64,000 nt of DNA from assembly GCA_022710715.1 (NCBI GenBank), contig JAKLGJ010000001.1, positions 170,041-234,040 on the forward strand, written 5' to 3'. This DNA is from Candidatus Omnitrophota bacterium (GTDB taxonomy: Bacteria > Omnitrophota > Gorgyraeia > Gygaellales > Profunditerraquicolaceae). Position 1 is the first letter of the stretch. Every line of letters starts with the position of its first letter. The notes under the pieces are model-generated. The model worked only from the letters and a program-made list of their open reading frames with translations, did no database searches and had not been told where the DNA came from. Below are positions 10,101-17,459 of this stretch, piece after piece. The position numbers and the translations under genes were made by a program.

Positions 10101-10997
10101 TTCGACACCGAAGGTAAACAAACCGGTTTCAGTAATGCCATCGCAGTGAAAGTCGAGACATCGGGAACAGGAGGGTTTTCCGGATTTGGCCAGCCGGAGC
10201 GTATCGGAGCAGGGGGATACACTGAACTCGGCTATACCTATGACGACACCATTTATTATTATGAGGATTTGGCGAACGCCACAGATAAGAAAGTAGTGAT
10301 GCTGGGCGGCAGTGATTCCTGGGAACTGACCGGGCCTGACGGATCGAAACTTCAACTCAATCCGTGGTCTGTCATCATCGCCAAGGGCGGCAAGTCAGTG
10401 GCCGATGTCATCCGGAAAGTCGAAGACGAATATGTGATAACCGGGGACGTTCAGATCCTGAATTTCCAGAATGTCTATCATTTCGAACGGCAGGATGATT
10501 ATGTTTTCAGGCCTGAAAATCAGGAACTGTATTGCGATTCCTATTCTTTTTCATCCGGCGCCGGTGTCGGCCTGCAGACATTGCCCAGAGAGCCGTATTA
10601 TCATATCGGGACCCCTGAACCGCAAAAAGTTGAGAAGGTGGTTAAGCCCGGATATGATATTTCGGGTCTGCCGCAGAACAAGGTTGTCTATCCTTCTTTT
10701 GACCTGCTGGGCGGCGCAGGCGTGGAAAATGTCCGGGCATTCGGATTCGGCACAAGCAGGGGCGGTGGCGGCTGGTATGTCATCGGGCCGGACGGGATGG
10801 AAATAGATCTGGTTTCCGGCAGCCGGATGGTGTTCGCTGACAACCCGAAAAACGCGCTTGAGTTCGTTTCCGCAGGGAAATATCGCATAACGAAGCCGGT
10901 AACCGTGCTCATTATGCTGGACGGTAATTATCTGGATAAGTATACGATTACGCCGGACAGCAAGACATATTTGGAATATCGGGAGTATTACAAGTAG
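7113..10997 (+). CDS. Large secreted repeat protein (1294 aa): signal peptide, N-terminal alpha-helical/TPR-like region, 3 x 105-aa tandem beta-rich repeats, C-terminal domain; function unknown
   Basis: ATG 7113 with SD AAAAGGAGAGAAG and an N-terminal MKRLPLFILIICFSTIAWAQ signal peptide. The repeats PVTMPVIPGTGSTDANGN..TFKSGTLDKS...YGFDN.GKQTGYSNAIKV are seen in translation. The ORF caller's upstream start at 7056 was rejected. Confidence 0.75.
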   Translation: MKRLPLFILIICFSTIAWAQDAVQTTSSKTIAATGTTAKKKTMKKVKDAVKSGQVKTEAAASTDEANQPPARPGDEEKDPAVWAAYYKAYIAWMKTLGTAERRAAWKNLSRDLLDRVNSHPETIGSAAMQAVFRGLTAEFKAMFAADRAYDKKYAAVVNNLVDAGVKFIKTASYKALSQTDSENFIRSFTGLAVETAWQRSNNSWNGHAVAQIAAFYNGLIDSGSAATKPFAFNQLMHLFRTVRWNSKEGNPELGDQLLKQALQGVDSKTLINGFRTRAGNTALAADERGQAACSLSNILYHQSSLETAFGVKLTDTQVVNITGDVTDVLKGVNSNSIAISDAMRNSLLHLAGCAINQSINRGEQTADHNRLFQHAYFKFAQASLQKSGNASLQATAINMLTSIRNAAAKKDDAKLAATCKKLLLGDVSDLDGFLDKGQEEMGTTKSADHAAWLARALANIAALNKASKTGAVTDAQIKDMVAAIKDWISVEDNLDNMRLRSWQAELYSALAELAKQIYKKGEALGSDAQLKKDFEQIFSTIVGLQDSKVKELAAKYVTSLAADLREQGYGAFANRLEISLCPDSASLMAKAWAYFNKKNYAAARAFCEETISRYTAEALKQQASLKDYAPKGKESLYWALNDVGTAHFILGKIYRAQGQSDQAREEFKTVINKYGFAQCWDKQGWWWKVKDAAKKELSSMNSEPVTMPVIPGTGSTDANGNITITFKSGTLDKSNLSEFWAKVTIDGKTEYWDLGKGAISEDGKSVTLKFDPKYDGKTIAMQFYGFDNKGKQTGYSNAIKVKVESATSPVTMPVIPGTGSTDANGNLTVTFKSGTLDKSRLSGFWAKVTIDGKTEYWDLGKGAISEDGKSVTLKFDPKYDGKTITMQFYGFDNSGKQTGYSNAIKVTVDSALSPVTMPVIPGTGSTDANGNLTVTFKSGTLDKSRLSGFWAKVTIDGKTEYWDLGKGAISEDGTSIFLNLDSKYGGKTVTMQFYGFDTEGKQTGFSNAIAVKVETSGTGGFSGFGQPERIGAGGYTELGYTYDDTIYYYEDLANATDKKVVMLGGSDSWELTGPDGSKLQLNPWSVIIAKGGKSVADVIRKVEDEYVITGDVQILNFQNVYHFERQDDYVFRPENQELYCDSYSFSSGAGVGLQTLPREPYYHIGTPEPQKVEKVVKPGYDISGLPQNKVVYPSFDLLGGAGVENVRAFGFGTSRGGGGWYVIGPDGMEIDLVSGSRMVFADNPKNALEFVSAGKYRITKPVTVLIMLDGNYLDKYTITPDSKTYLEYREYYK
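9225..10169 (+). repeat. Three tandem 315-bp direct repeats inside the CDS (units 9225-9539, 9540-9854, 9855-about 10169); the first two are about 97 % identical, the third diverges in its 3' half
   Basis: Period measured from CCGGTGACCATGCCGG at 9225, 9540 and 9855. The antisense ORFs 9464-9772 and 9779-10084 give near-identical translations, confirming DNA identity. Confidence 0.9.
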
Positions 10998-11139
10998 GCG
11001 CCCGGTACGCAGGGAAGCTGTATCGTTTGCAATCGTTTTCAAAAGAACGCGCTGCGGCTCTTGAAAAAGCGCCGCAGGCGCGTATACTTGAAGCAGGTCA
11101 GTCGAAGTGCACAATCCGGGGCCGATTCAGGAGGGAGAC

Positions 11140-11871
11140 ATGTTCTCTTGCGTCGTGCCTTTTTTGTTAGCCGCAGTCTGTTTCTTCAGTAGTGTATCCG
11201 TTCTCTTCGCTTCCGACGCTATTCAACCGCCTATTGTCGCGCCCGTAATTCATCAGCAAAACGATGCTACTATGCCGCAGCGGGCCCGGCTATCCTTCAA
11301 ACCCGTTCATGCCGTATCGCTGGATCCGATCGAGCAGATTGAAGTCGAAGAAAAGAAGAAAGAGCAGAATGAAAAGCCGCGGTTCCAATTCGATCCCGCG
11401 TCCGATTTTTTCATCGACTTGACCGAGGCCGAAGTGTCGGCCATGTTTGCCCAGGCCAGCCAGCAGCTTAGTCAGCAGGCGCAGCAGATCGTGGATCCGG
11501 CTGCGCGCGTCCAGGCTCTGGCCAGCGTTCAAGCTGAAATTTCCAAGGCCGAAACACAGGTGAAAGTCGCCTGCACGCAGTTCAAACAACGAATGATCTC
11601 GCTTAATCAATCCTACAAGCAGCAGCTTAAAGCGGCCTGGGCGGAGATTGTCGATGCCAGGGATGTCGATGCTAAAGACCAGGCGGTTGCAGTGTACCAG
11701 CGATTGCAGGAGGAATACAGCAAAGAAGTGAGCGCTGTCAGGGCGGAGTTCGCAAAAACCATTCACGCTGCGGTCCAGGGATTTACCCAGGGCACTGCCC
11801 GATGCCGGCAGGAAATTCAGAATACAAGGGAGCAGGCGGCGCGTCAGGCGCACATAGCCGGTCATTTGTAA
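11140..11871 (+). CDS. Secreted hypothetical protein (signal peptide; Q/A-rich predicted coiled coil)
   Basis: MFSCVVPFLLAAVCFFSSVSVLFASDA signal peptide; remainder low complexity (QQLSQQAQQ...). Start chosen at the internal ATG 11140 of ORF 11107-11871. Confidence 0.55.
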   Translation: MFSCVVPFLLAAVCFFSSVSVLFASDAIQPPIVAPVIHQQNDATMPQRARLSFKPVHAVSLDPIEQIEVEEKKKEQNEKPRFQFDPASDFFIDLTEAEVSAMFAQASQQLSQQAQQIVDPAARVQALASVQAEISKAETQVKVACTQFKQRMISLNQSYKQQLKAAWAEIVDARDVDAKDQAVAVYQRLQEEYSKEVSAVRAEFAKTIHAAVQGFTQGTARCRQEIQNTREQAARQAHIAGHL

Positions 11872-11994
11872 CCGCCTGTTATTGATCTTGCGACTTGACA
11901 ATTAGCGAAATAGCTGGTATACTTAACTATGAATTGCCACGGACATGATGCAAATGAACATCATGTGTGTGGCTATTTTTTTTAGGGGGAAGGT

Positions 11995-12687
11995 ATGAAA
12001 ATCAGAATTGCAGTAGGGATGGTAGTTGGGATCATGGTGTTTGTTGTCGGCGGGGCGATTTCTACCGCGTCGGCTTACACGGTCACCTGTCCCGATGCCA
12101 GTTTTAACGGCACCGGCGTACAGAAGTATGTTCAACTCGGGGAGAGGTGGGATCTGAATCTCGGTGATCTGGAGATAGCGTATACCGTGGATATGTCCGC
12201 ATTGACTCCTTCGTCCCAGTCCACGGTGTGGACTTCAGTCGGAGTGGCTAAGACTTTGCCTGATGAACGGGCATGGTTGAGTTCGAGCGTGAACACTACC
12301 TATTACAAAAACATCATGGCCGGATGGAACGTCGATGAGCGCAGTCCGGATGCCGGGTCGTATCTGCGGGTTGCGGAAGCGAGCACTCCTTCGGTTTACG
12401 ATATCGTGTTGCATTTCAGCAAAACCGACGTTAGTAATACCGCGCTCATGACCGGCTACGTCAACGGTGAAAAGATAGCGGGAGATGTTGTTTTTACCGC
12501 GGATCTGGCGCAGCTGGGTTTCTTCTACGAATATTCGTCGTCGGCTACCGATCCGGTTCACGGCGCAGTGACCATTTCCAATGTCGTCGCTTCGGGCGAG
12601 CGTTCGGTTGTGCCGGAGCCTTCCAGCATGATGCTGCTGGGAAGCGGTTTGTGCGGCTTGCTCGGTTTGTTGCGCAAAAGAGCGTAA
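11995..12687 (+). CDS. PEP-CTERM sorting-domain protein (exosortase substrate), secreted
   Basis: N-terminal signal peptide MKIRIAVGMVVGIMVFVVGGAISTASA. The C-terminus VPEPSSMMLLGSGLCGLLGLLRKRA is the canonical PEP motif plus TM helix plus RKR. SD GGGGGAAGG upstream. Confidence 0.8.
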   Translation: MKIRIAVGMVVGIMVFVVGGAISTASAYTVTCPDASFNGTGVQKYVQLGERWDLNLGDLEIAYTVDMSALTPSSQSTVWTSVGVAKTLPDERAWLSSSVNTTYYKNIMAGWNVDERSPDAGSYLRVAEASTPSVYDIVLHFSKTDVSNTALMTGYVNGEKIAGDVVFTADLAQLGFFYEYSSSATDPVHGAVTISNVVASGERSVVPEPSSMMLLGSGLCGLLGLLRKRA

Positions 12688-12730
12688 GTTATTTACAGGT
12701 TAAGCATATTTTCTTGCAGCGCGTTTCTCT

Positions 12731-12762
12731 GCCCGTCTGGCGAAAGCCAGGCGGGCTTTTTA
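12731..12762 (+). terminator. Terminator hairpin GCCCGTCTGG-CGAAAG-CCAGGCGGGC followed by TTTTT (paralogue of the 6872 element)
   Basis: Same stem, loop and U-G wobble position as the 6872-6905 element with compensatory T/A exchange. Lies between the convergent PEP-CTERM gene and the response-regulator gene. Confidence 0.6.
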
Positions 12763-12796
12763 ATTCTCGAGAGCTGATGTCCGAAAGGAGAAGATG

Positions 12797-13156
12797 TTAA
12801 AGCGCGGTCAGCTTATTCAGCAGATCCTGTACGCCCACGGGTTTGATATATAAACCGTCTATGGGGATCTCCTGTTCAACCCGGCCGGCATCATAGGCGT
12901 GAGCGGTAACCACAAAGATCTTGGTTTGGGGGTATTTTTCTTTGATGATCCTGGCTGCGGCCAGTCCGTGCATACCTTTCATTACCAGGTCGAGCAGAAC
13001 GATGTCTGCCGGTTCTTTCTCGAGCAATTGTAATGCCTGTTCGGCGCTGTCTGCGATAGTTACCTGAAAACGGCGGAGAGAAAGATAGCGTTTAAGATAA
13101 TAGCCGACATCCGGCTCGTCGTCTACCAGCATGATTTTGGTTTGATTGGTAATCAT
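12797..13156 (-). CDS. Single-domain response regulator (CheY-like receiver)
   Basis: MITNQTKIMLVDDEP...DIVLLDLVMKGMHG...KIFVVTAH receiver-domain motifs (DD, D, T, K). Start at the internal ATG 13156 with SD AGGAGG (ORF frame open to 13222). Confidence 0.8.
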   Translation of the reverse strand: MITNQTKIMLVDDEPDVGYYLKRYLSLRRFQVTIADSAEQALQLLEKEPADIVLLDLVMKGMHGLAAARIIKEKYPQTKIFVVTAHAYDAGRVEQEIPIDGLYIKPVGVQDLLNKLTAL

Positions 13157-13351
13157 AACGCCCTCCTCTTTGAGAATACTGCAGCTCCGATCAAAGTATA
13201 GCATATTTTGACTTATTTTCAACTCAATGTTGAACTAATCGGCAAGCAATGCAGCAGCACAAATATATTGCTCTCCAGCCGGTTTGGCGTTACAATAATC
13301 ACATGTTTTATACGCAAGTGAGTACTGCGGTTAACGCAAGAGGTGGAAGGT

Positions 13352-13750
13352 ATGGCTGGTGCAAGGAAGAAGAAGGCAAAGAAACAAGCAGTAATCAAGA
13401 TCGATTGCCGGGAATGCAGTAAGAAGCCGACCTGCTGCCGGCGCGGCGCCTGGGCGGATATCGAGGAAGCAAAACGGATCGTACCTCTGGGGTTGAAAGG
13501 GGAGTTTTTCCAACTCGAGCGGGATGCGGATTTTCCTTCGGGTTTTCGCATCGGCACCAGTTATGAAGATGAACCCTGCACCTTTCTTGATCCCGACGGC
13601 CTGTGTTCGATCCATAAGATCGACTATAATCTGAAACCCAGGATTTGCCGCGAATTTCCCTATGAAAATAAGAAACTGTCTCCCTACGCCAGAATATTGT
13701 GCTCGTTATTCAAATCGAAGACGAAGAAAAGCGGTCAGTCCAGGAAATAG
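13352..13750 (+). CDS. YkgJ/UPF0153-type CxxCxxCC putative Fe-S or Zn cluster protein
   Basis: CRECSKKPTCC near the N-terminus plus additional conserved Cys (CTFLDPDGLCSIH, CREFPY). ATG 13352 with SD AGAGGTGGAAGG. Confidence 0.55.
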   Translation: MAGARKKKAKKQAVIKIDCRECSKKPTCCRRGAWADIEEAKRIVPLGLKGEFFQLERDADFPSGFRIGTSYEDEPCTFLDPDGLCSIHKIDYNLKPRICREFPYENKKLSPYARILCSLFKSKTKKSGQSRK

Positions 13751-13773
13751 TTCGTTAGCCGGGAGCATCTGTC

Positions 13774-14670
13774 GTGTTTCAGCGTACGTTAAGAAGGAAG
13801 ATCGGTGAGCTGTTGATTGAACGCGGGATAATTACTGCCGAACAGCTCGAACGCGCCCTGGAGGAGCAGCGGCACAAAGGCGGCTATATCAGCCAGCATC
13901 TGGTGGCTATGCAATTCGCCACCGAACTCGATATCGCGATCTGTCTTTCCAACCAGTACAATTTCGCTTATCTACCCCTCAACCATTACGCCATCCCGGC
14001 GGAGATCCTGACCACCATTCCTTTCAAATGGATCCGGCTCTATTCTCTTATTCCCATCGATAAAATCGGAAATTCCCTGACCGTGGCCATGGCCGATCCT
14101 TTGAACGAAGGGGTTATCCAGATGCTTCGCCAGATTACCGGCTGTGAGTTGAAAGTTTTCATCAGTACCTACGGCGAAATTAACGAAGCCATCGGTCGTT
14201 ATTTCAAGGATGAATTGTCCAGGGTCAAAGAGATCGTTCTCGCGGACATGAGTAAATTGACCGTGATCAATGAATTTATCCAGACCAAAGCGTATACAGG
14301 AGGGGAGCGCAGACAGTTTCTCCGGTTGAACGTGAAACTGATCTTCGAGTTTAATTTCTACGGCCAGTCCTTCCGATCCGAAACCCTCAATGTCAGTTTC
14401 GGGGGTATATGTTTTCTGTCGCCGGTTTCCATACCGGTGGATAATGATATCGTTTGTAAAGTCCATCTGTCCCCGGACCGCGCCGTTGATTGTATTATCA
14501 AAGTCATGAGGGTTCAAAGCCGCAGGTCTGAAGGAGAAGTGAGCGGTTTGTTTGAAATCGCCGGCGTTTTCGCTTTCATCAATGATGAGGAGAAAATGCA
14601 GATGGTCGAATTCTTGAAATCGCAACTGGCTTGCAATGGTGCCCGCACAACCGTCGAGGGAAAACAATGA
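13774..14670 (+). CDS. MshEN-like (T2SS-E N-terminal domain) + PilZ domain protein; predicted c-di-GMP receptor
   Basis: The N-terminus LLIERGIITAEQLERALEEQ...LVAMQFATELDIAICLSNQYNFAYLP is a GspE-N/MshEN-type fold. The C-terminus has PilZ signatures RRQFLRLNV and NVSFGGICF (RxxxR...D/NxSxxG). GTG start with SD GGGAG. Confidence 0.65.
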   Translation: MFQRTLRRKIGELLIERGIITAEQLERALEEQRHKGGYISQHLVAMQFATELDIAICLSNQYNFAYLPLNHYAIPAEILTTIPFKWIRLYSLIPIDKIGNSLTVAMADPLNEGVIQMLRQITGCELKVFISTYGEINEAIGRYFKDELSRVKEIVLADMSKLTVINEFIQTKAYTGGERRQFLRLNVKLIFEFNFYGQSFRSETLNVSFGGICFLSPVSIPVDNDIVCKVHLSPDRAVDCIIKVMRVQSRRSEGEVSGLFEIAGVFAFINDEEKMQMVEFLKSQLACNGARTTVEGKQ

Positions 14671-15350
14671 AAATACGCGTGAAGTCCGTCAAATGGATAC
14701 TGCTGGCGGCATATCTGTTGATCGTCACGGGATTCTTCGGCCTGGCCTTCAGCGGTAAACTTCCCGATGATAACCCGGTCTGCGACGTTTTTTACGGATT
14801 ACGGGGACACCTGTTCTGGACGTTGCTGATCCTTGTGCTGACGTTTGCATCGCAAGCGTTTTTTATCTGGACTCTGGGTACGGTTGATCTGTGCAAGCCG
14901 TTACGCCGGCGCCGGCTTATCGGACCGGCGGCGATGGCCGCGCTGATGTTGACCACGCTGGTCAGCGGTATCATCCTGGCACTGGCGGAATTTTTCGACT
15001 ATTATCCCAGGCACGGGGAAGTTCTGTTCTGGACCGTCCTGACGATTAACTGGTTGTTATGGAGCGTAGTATTCCTGCTGGCGTATAAAAATACGCCGCG
15101 TTTGAAGATTTTCTCGCAGTGGTTGACGGTTTTGCTGGCCGGAAGCCTGCTGGAATTGTTGATTACCATCCCGGCGCATATAGTGGTGAGCCGGCGTCCG
15201 GGGTGTTTCGCCGGAATGTATACCGGGCTGGGTATTGTGGCCGGGATACTGGTGATGTTCTGGGCATTCGGGCCGGGGATCATTTTCCTGTTCTTTTTTC
15301 AGAGAGCGACAGGTAATGCCGGTCAAAATAACACTAAGGGGGGGATGTAA
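14667..15350 (+). CDS. Polytopic inner-membrane protein (about 6 TM), unknown function
   Basis: Hydrophobic helices throughout. ATG 14667 overlaps the stop of the upstream gene (ATGA), and its own stop overlaps the pilin start (TAATG), suggesting translational coupling. Confidence 0.55.
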   Translation: MKIRVKSVKWILLAAYLLIVTGFFGLAFSGKLPDDNPVCDVFYGLRGHLFWTLLILVLTFASQAFFIWTLGTVDLCKPLRRRRLIGPAAMAALMLTTLVSGIILALAEFFDYYPRHGEVLFWTVLTINWLLWSVVFLLAYKNTPRLKIFSQWLTVLLAGSLLELLITIPAHIVVSRRPGCFAGMYTGLGIVAGILVMFWAFGPGIIFLFFFQRATGNAGQNNTKGGM

Positions 15351-15955
15351 TGAGGGTACGAGGGTTCACGCTGGTGGAGTTGATCGTGGTCATTGCAATC
15401 ATCGCTGTTCTGGCGGCGGTAATCGCGCCGCAGGCGTATCGGGCGGTTGAGAAGGCGAAGATCGCCAAGGCGCATACTGATTACAGGGCGATACATACCG
15501 CGACCTACGCATTGCACGGGGATACCGGCGATTGGCCGCACGGCGGGAATAGCCGGGAGAGGGTAATCTGGTCCGGCTTAATGCGGAACCCTCCTTTGTG
15601 GAATGCCGCAGGGACGCTTAACGTCCCCTATGGCGGATGGAATGGTCCCTATCTGGAGAAGTTCTCCGGAATGCATCCATGGGGAGGGATATATATGTTC
15701 TCGACTAATGCAAATTTCGGCCGTGGCACAGCAGGCGAGCTGGCTGTGGAATTCGAAAATATGTGTTTCCCCAACGGCGCGACTTCAAACTGCCCTGTTC
15801 CACTGTCGTCCCAGCTTATCATCGATCGCTCTCTTGATGATGGCGTCAATAATGTCGGAGAGGTGCAGCGGACATCCTGGAATGATCTGCATTGGGTGAT
15901 CATATGGGATAAATGCGCTCCCGGAGTTGTTGCCTGTGAGAACAGCAGTTCCTGA
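15350..15955 (+). CDS. Prepilin-type N-terminal cleavage/methylation domain protein (type IV pilin / pseudopilin-like) #1
   Basis: MRVRG|FTLVELIVVIAIIAVLAAVIAP: class III leader peptide with G-1, F+1, E+5 and a hydrophobic alpha-1 helix. Confidence 0.85.
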   Translation: MRVRGFTLVELIVVIAIIAVLAAVIAPQAYRAVEKAKIAKAHTDYRAIHTATYALHGDTGDWPHGGNSRERVIWSGLMRNPPLWNAAGTLNVPYGGWNGPYLEKFSGMHPWGGIYMFSTNANFGRGTAGELAVEFENMCFPNGATSNCPVPLSSQLIIDRSLDDGVNNVGEVQRTSWNDLHWVIIWDKCAPGVVACENSSS

Positions 15956-15966
15956 TAGTGTTTTTT

Positions 15967-15994
15967 GTTGACAGCTCTCTGTTTTGAGGTAAAA
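15967..15994 (+). promoter_or_regulatory. Sigma-70-like promoter TTGACA-16 nt-TAAAAT
   Basis: Near-consensus -35 and -10 boxes with a 16-nt spacer in the intergenic region after pilin #1. Positioned to drive the micro-ORF at 16096. Confidence 0.45.
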
Positions 15995-16095
15995 TACTCT
16001 ATGAAGGGGAGGGAGTATGCCGTTCAAGTAGCGCAGTAAAGAAGAGCAACTTTCAGATGATGAGGGTTGCTTTATTTTTTAAAAAGGTGGTGAGT

Positions 16096-16167
16096 ATGTC
16101 ATGTATGACCTGCGCGGCGCATAAAAAGAAAAAAGCCAAGCTGAAAACCAAAAAAAAGAAGAAGTAG
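16096..16167 (+). CDS. Putative micro-protein (23 aa) MSCMTCAAHKKKKAKLKTKKKKK: CxxC followed by a poly-Lys tail
   Basis: ATG with SD AGGTGG 6 nt upstream, a promoter 100 nt upstream and a strong terminator 90 nt downstream. Not in the 60-aa-minimum ORF track; speculative. Confidence 0.3.
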   Translation: MSCMTCAAHKKKKAKLKTKKKKK

Positions 16168-16258
16168 TTGTGATTCGCGGGTTCCTACCCTACCTCAGTT
16201 CTCGCAGGGGCGAACGTCTTTGCCTCTGCGAGGGCAGACCCGCGCCTGCGGCGCGGTA

Positions 16259-16289
16259 AAACTTATCACCTGGTGATAAGTTTTTTTTT
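16259..16289 (+). terminator. Rho-independent terminator AACTTATCACC-TGGTGATAAGTT followed by TTTTTTTTT
   Basis: Perfect 11-bp stem and a T9 tract. Confidence 0.6.
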
Positions 16290-16306
16290 GAACGAAAGGA
16301 AAAAAG

Positions 16307-16876
16307 ATGAGAAAAGGTTTTACGCTGGTGGAATTGATCGTGGTGATCGCGATCATCGCTATCCTGGCCGCGGTGATCGCGCCCAACGCTTTTAAGGCGA
16401 TCGAAAAAGCGAAACTAGCCAAGACCCAGCGGGATCTTAAGTCTATTAAGACCGCAGTGTCGGCTTTGTACGCCGACACCGGGAAATTTCCCAACGGGTG
16501 TCCTGCTTTCAGCTCTGCCAATCCCGAGGTTTATTTCAATCAGCCTCAAGCCGGGCTGGTGCGCCGGCCGACGGTGGGCGTGGTCGAAGCCCCTTCCTGT
16601 GAATGGAGACAGAGTGAAGTGAATGCCTGGGACGGTCCGTATCTGGAAAGTACCAACGTCCTGGATTTCTGGAAAACCGCGTATATGTTCGATCCGGATT
16701 ATGTCCCGTGCGGTACGACCGCCGGCAATTGCCCGGCTACTTCTTCACCGTACACTGAATGCCGGGCGGCTTGCGGCGGTGCTTTCAATTGCTATCCGCC
16801 TATGCTGGTCAGTTTTGGCCCGGATAAACTGGAATATACCTGCGACGATATCCTGGTCCAGTTGACCTTGAAATAA
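16307..16876 (+). CDS. Prepilin-type pilin/pseudopilin-like protein #2
   Basis: MRKG|FTLVELIVVIAIIAILAAVIAPNAF; SD GAAAGGAAAAAAG. Confidence 0.85.
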   Translation: MRKGFTLVELIVVIAIIAILAAVIAPNAFKAIEKAKLAKTQRDLKSIKTAVSALYADTGKFPNGCPAFSSANPEVYFNQPQAGLVRRPTVGVVEAPSCEWRQSEVNAWDGPYLESTNVLDFWKTAYMFDPDYVPCGTTAGNCPATSSPYTECRAACGGAFNCYPPMLVSFGPDKLEYTCDDILVQLTLK

Positions 16877-16888
16877 GAAAGGTTGCAG

Positions 16889-17440
16889 ATGATCGAAAAA
16901 GGTTTTACCCTGGTGGAATTGATCGTGGTGATCGCGATCATCGCTATCCTGGCCGCGGTGATCGCGCCCAACGCGTTCCGGGCCATCGAGAAGGCGAAAT
17001 GCGCTCAAGCCGTTAAAGACGCCAAGACCATTCGTACCGCTGCCGCCGAATACTATGCCGATACCGGACAGTGGCCGCCTGTTTACCGTTTAACCACCCC
17101 GATCAACCCTTTTCTGACCAACCCGCCGGTGACCGGATGGGCAGGGCCGTATCTGGACAAATGGAAGCCTCATCCGTGGTCAGGTCATATAGGGTGGGAT
17201 GCGACTCTTGATCTTGATGCGAACGGTAAAGCAGACGGCTGTGTCGTTTACGATGATGATCAGCCGGGGACAAGTGCTTCCAATAACGCAGGGAGGATTC
17301 CGCGCAAGTCCATGGAGAATATCGATCTGGTCCTGGATGACGGGAATCTTTCCCGTGGTATGGTCCAGGGAGACGGTCTGGGATTGCTTTCCGCGGCAGG
17401 TGAACTGGTGATCATGGTTATACATGATAACAATGGCTGA
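16889..17440 (+). CDS. Prepilin-type pilin/pseudopilin-like protein #3
   Basis: MIEKG|FTLVELIVVIAIIAILAAVIAPNAFRAIEKAK; SD AAGAAAGG. The ORF track starts at an upstream TTG 16883. Confidence 0.85.
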   Translation: MIEKGFTLVELIVVIAIIAILAAVIAPNAFRAIEKAKCAQAVKDAKTIRTAAAEYYADTGQWPPVYRLTTPINPFLTNPPVTGWAGPYLDKWKPHPWSGHIGWDATLDLDANGKADGCVVYDDDQPGTSASNNAGRIPRKSMENIDLVLDDGNLSRGMVQGDGLGLLSAAGELVIMVIHDNNG

Positions 17441-17459
17441 CGGCATTGCAGGAGGAAAG

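Noticed and set aside
9219-10355. 378-aa minus-strand ORF and two about 100-aa minus ORFs with near-identical sequences
   Set aside because: Antisense to the tandem 315-bp repeats of the large secreted protein; their internal repetition simply mirrors the DNA repeats.
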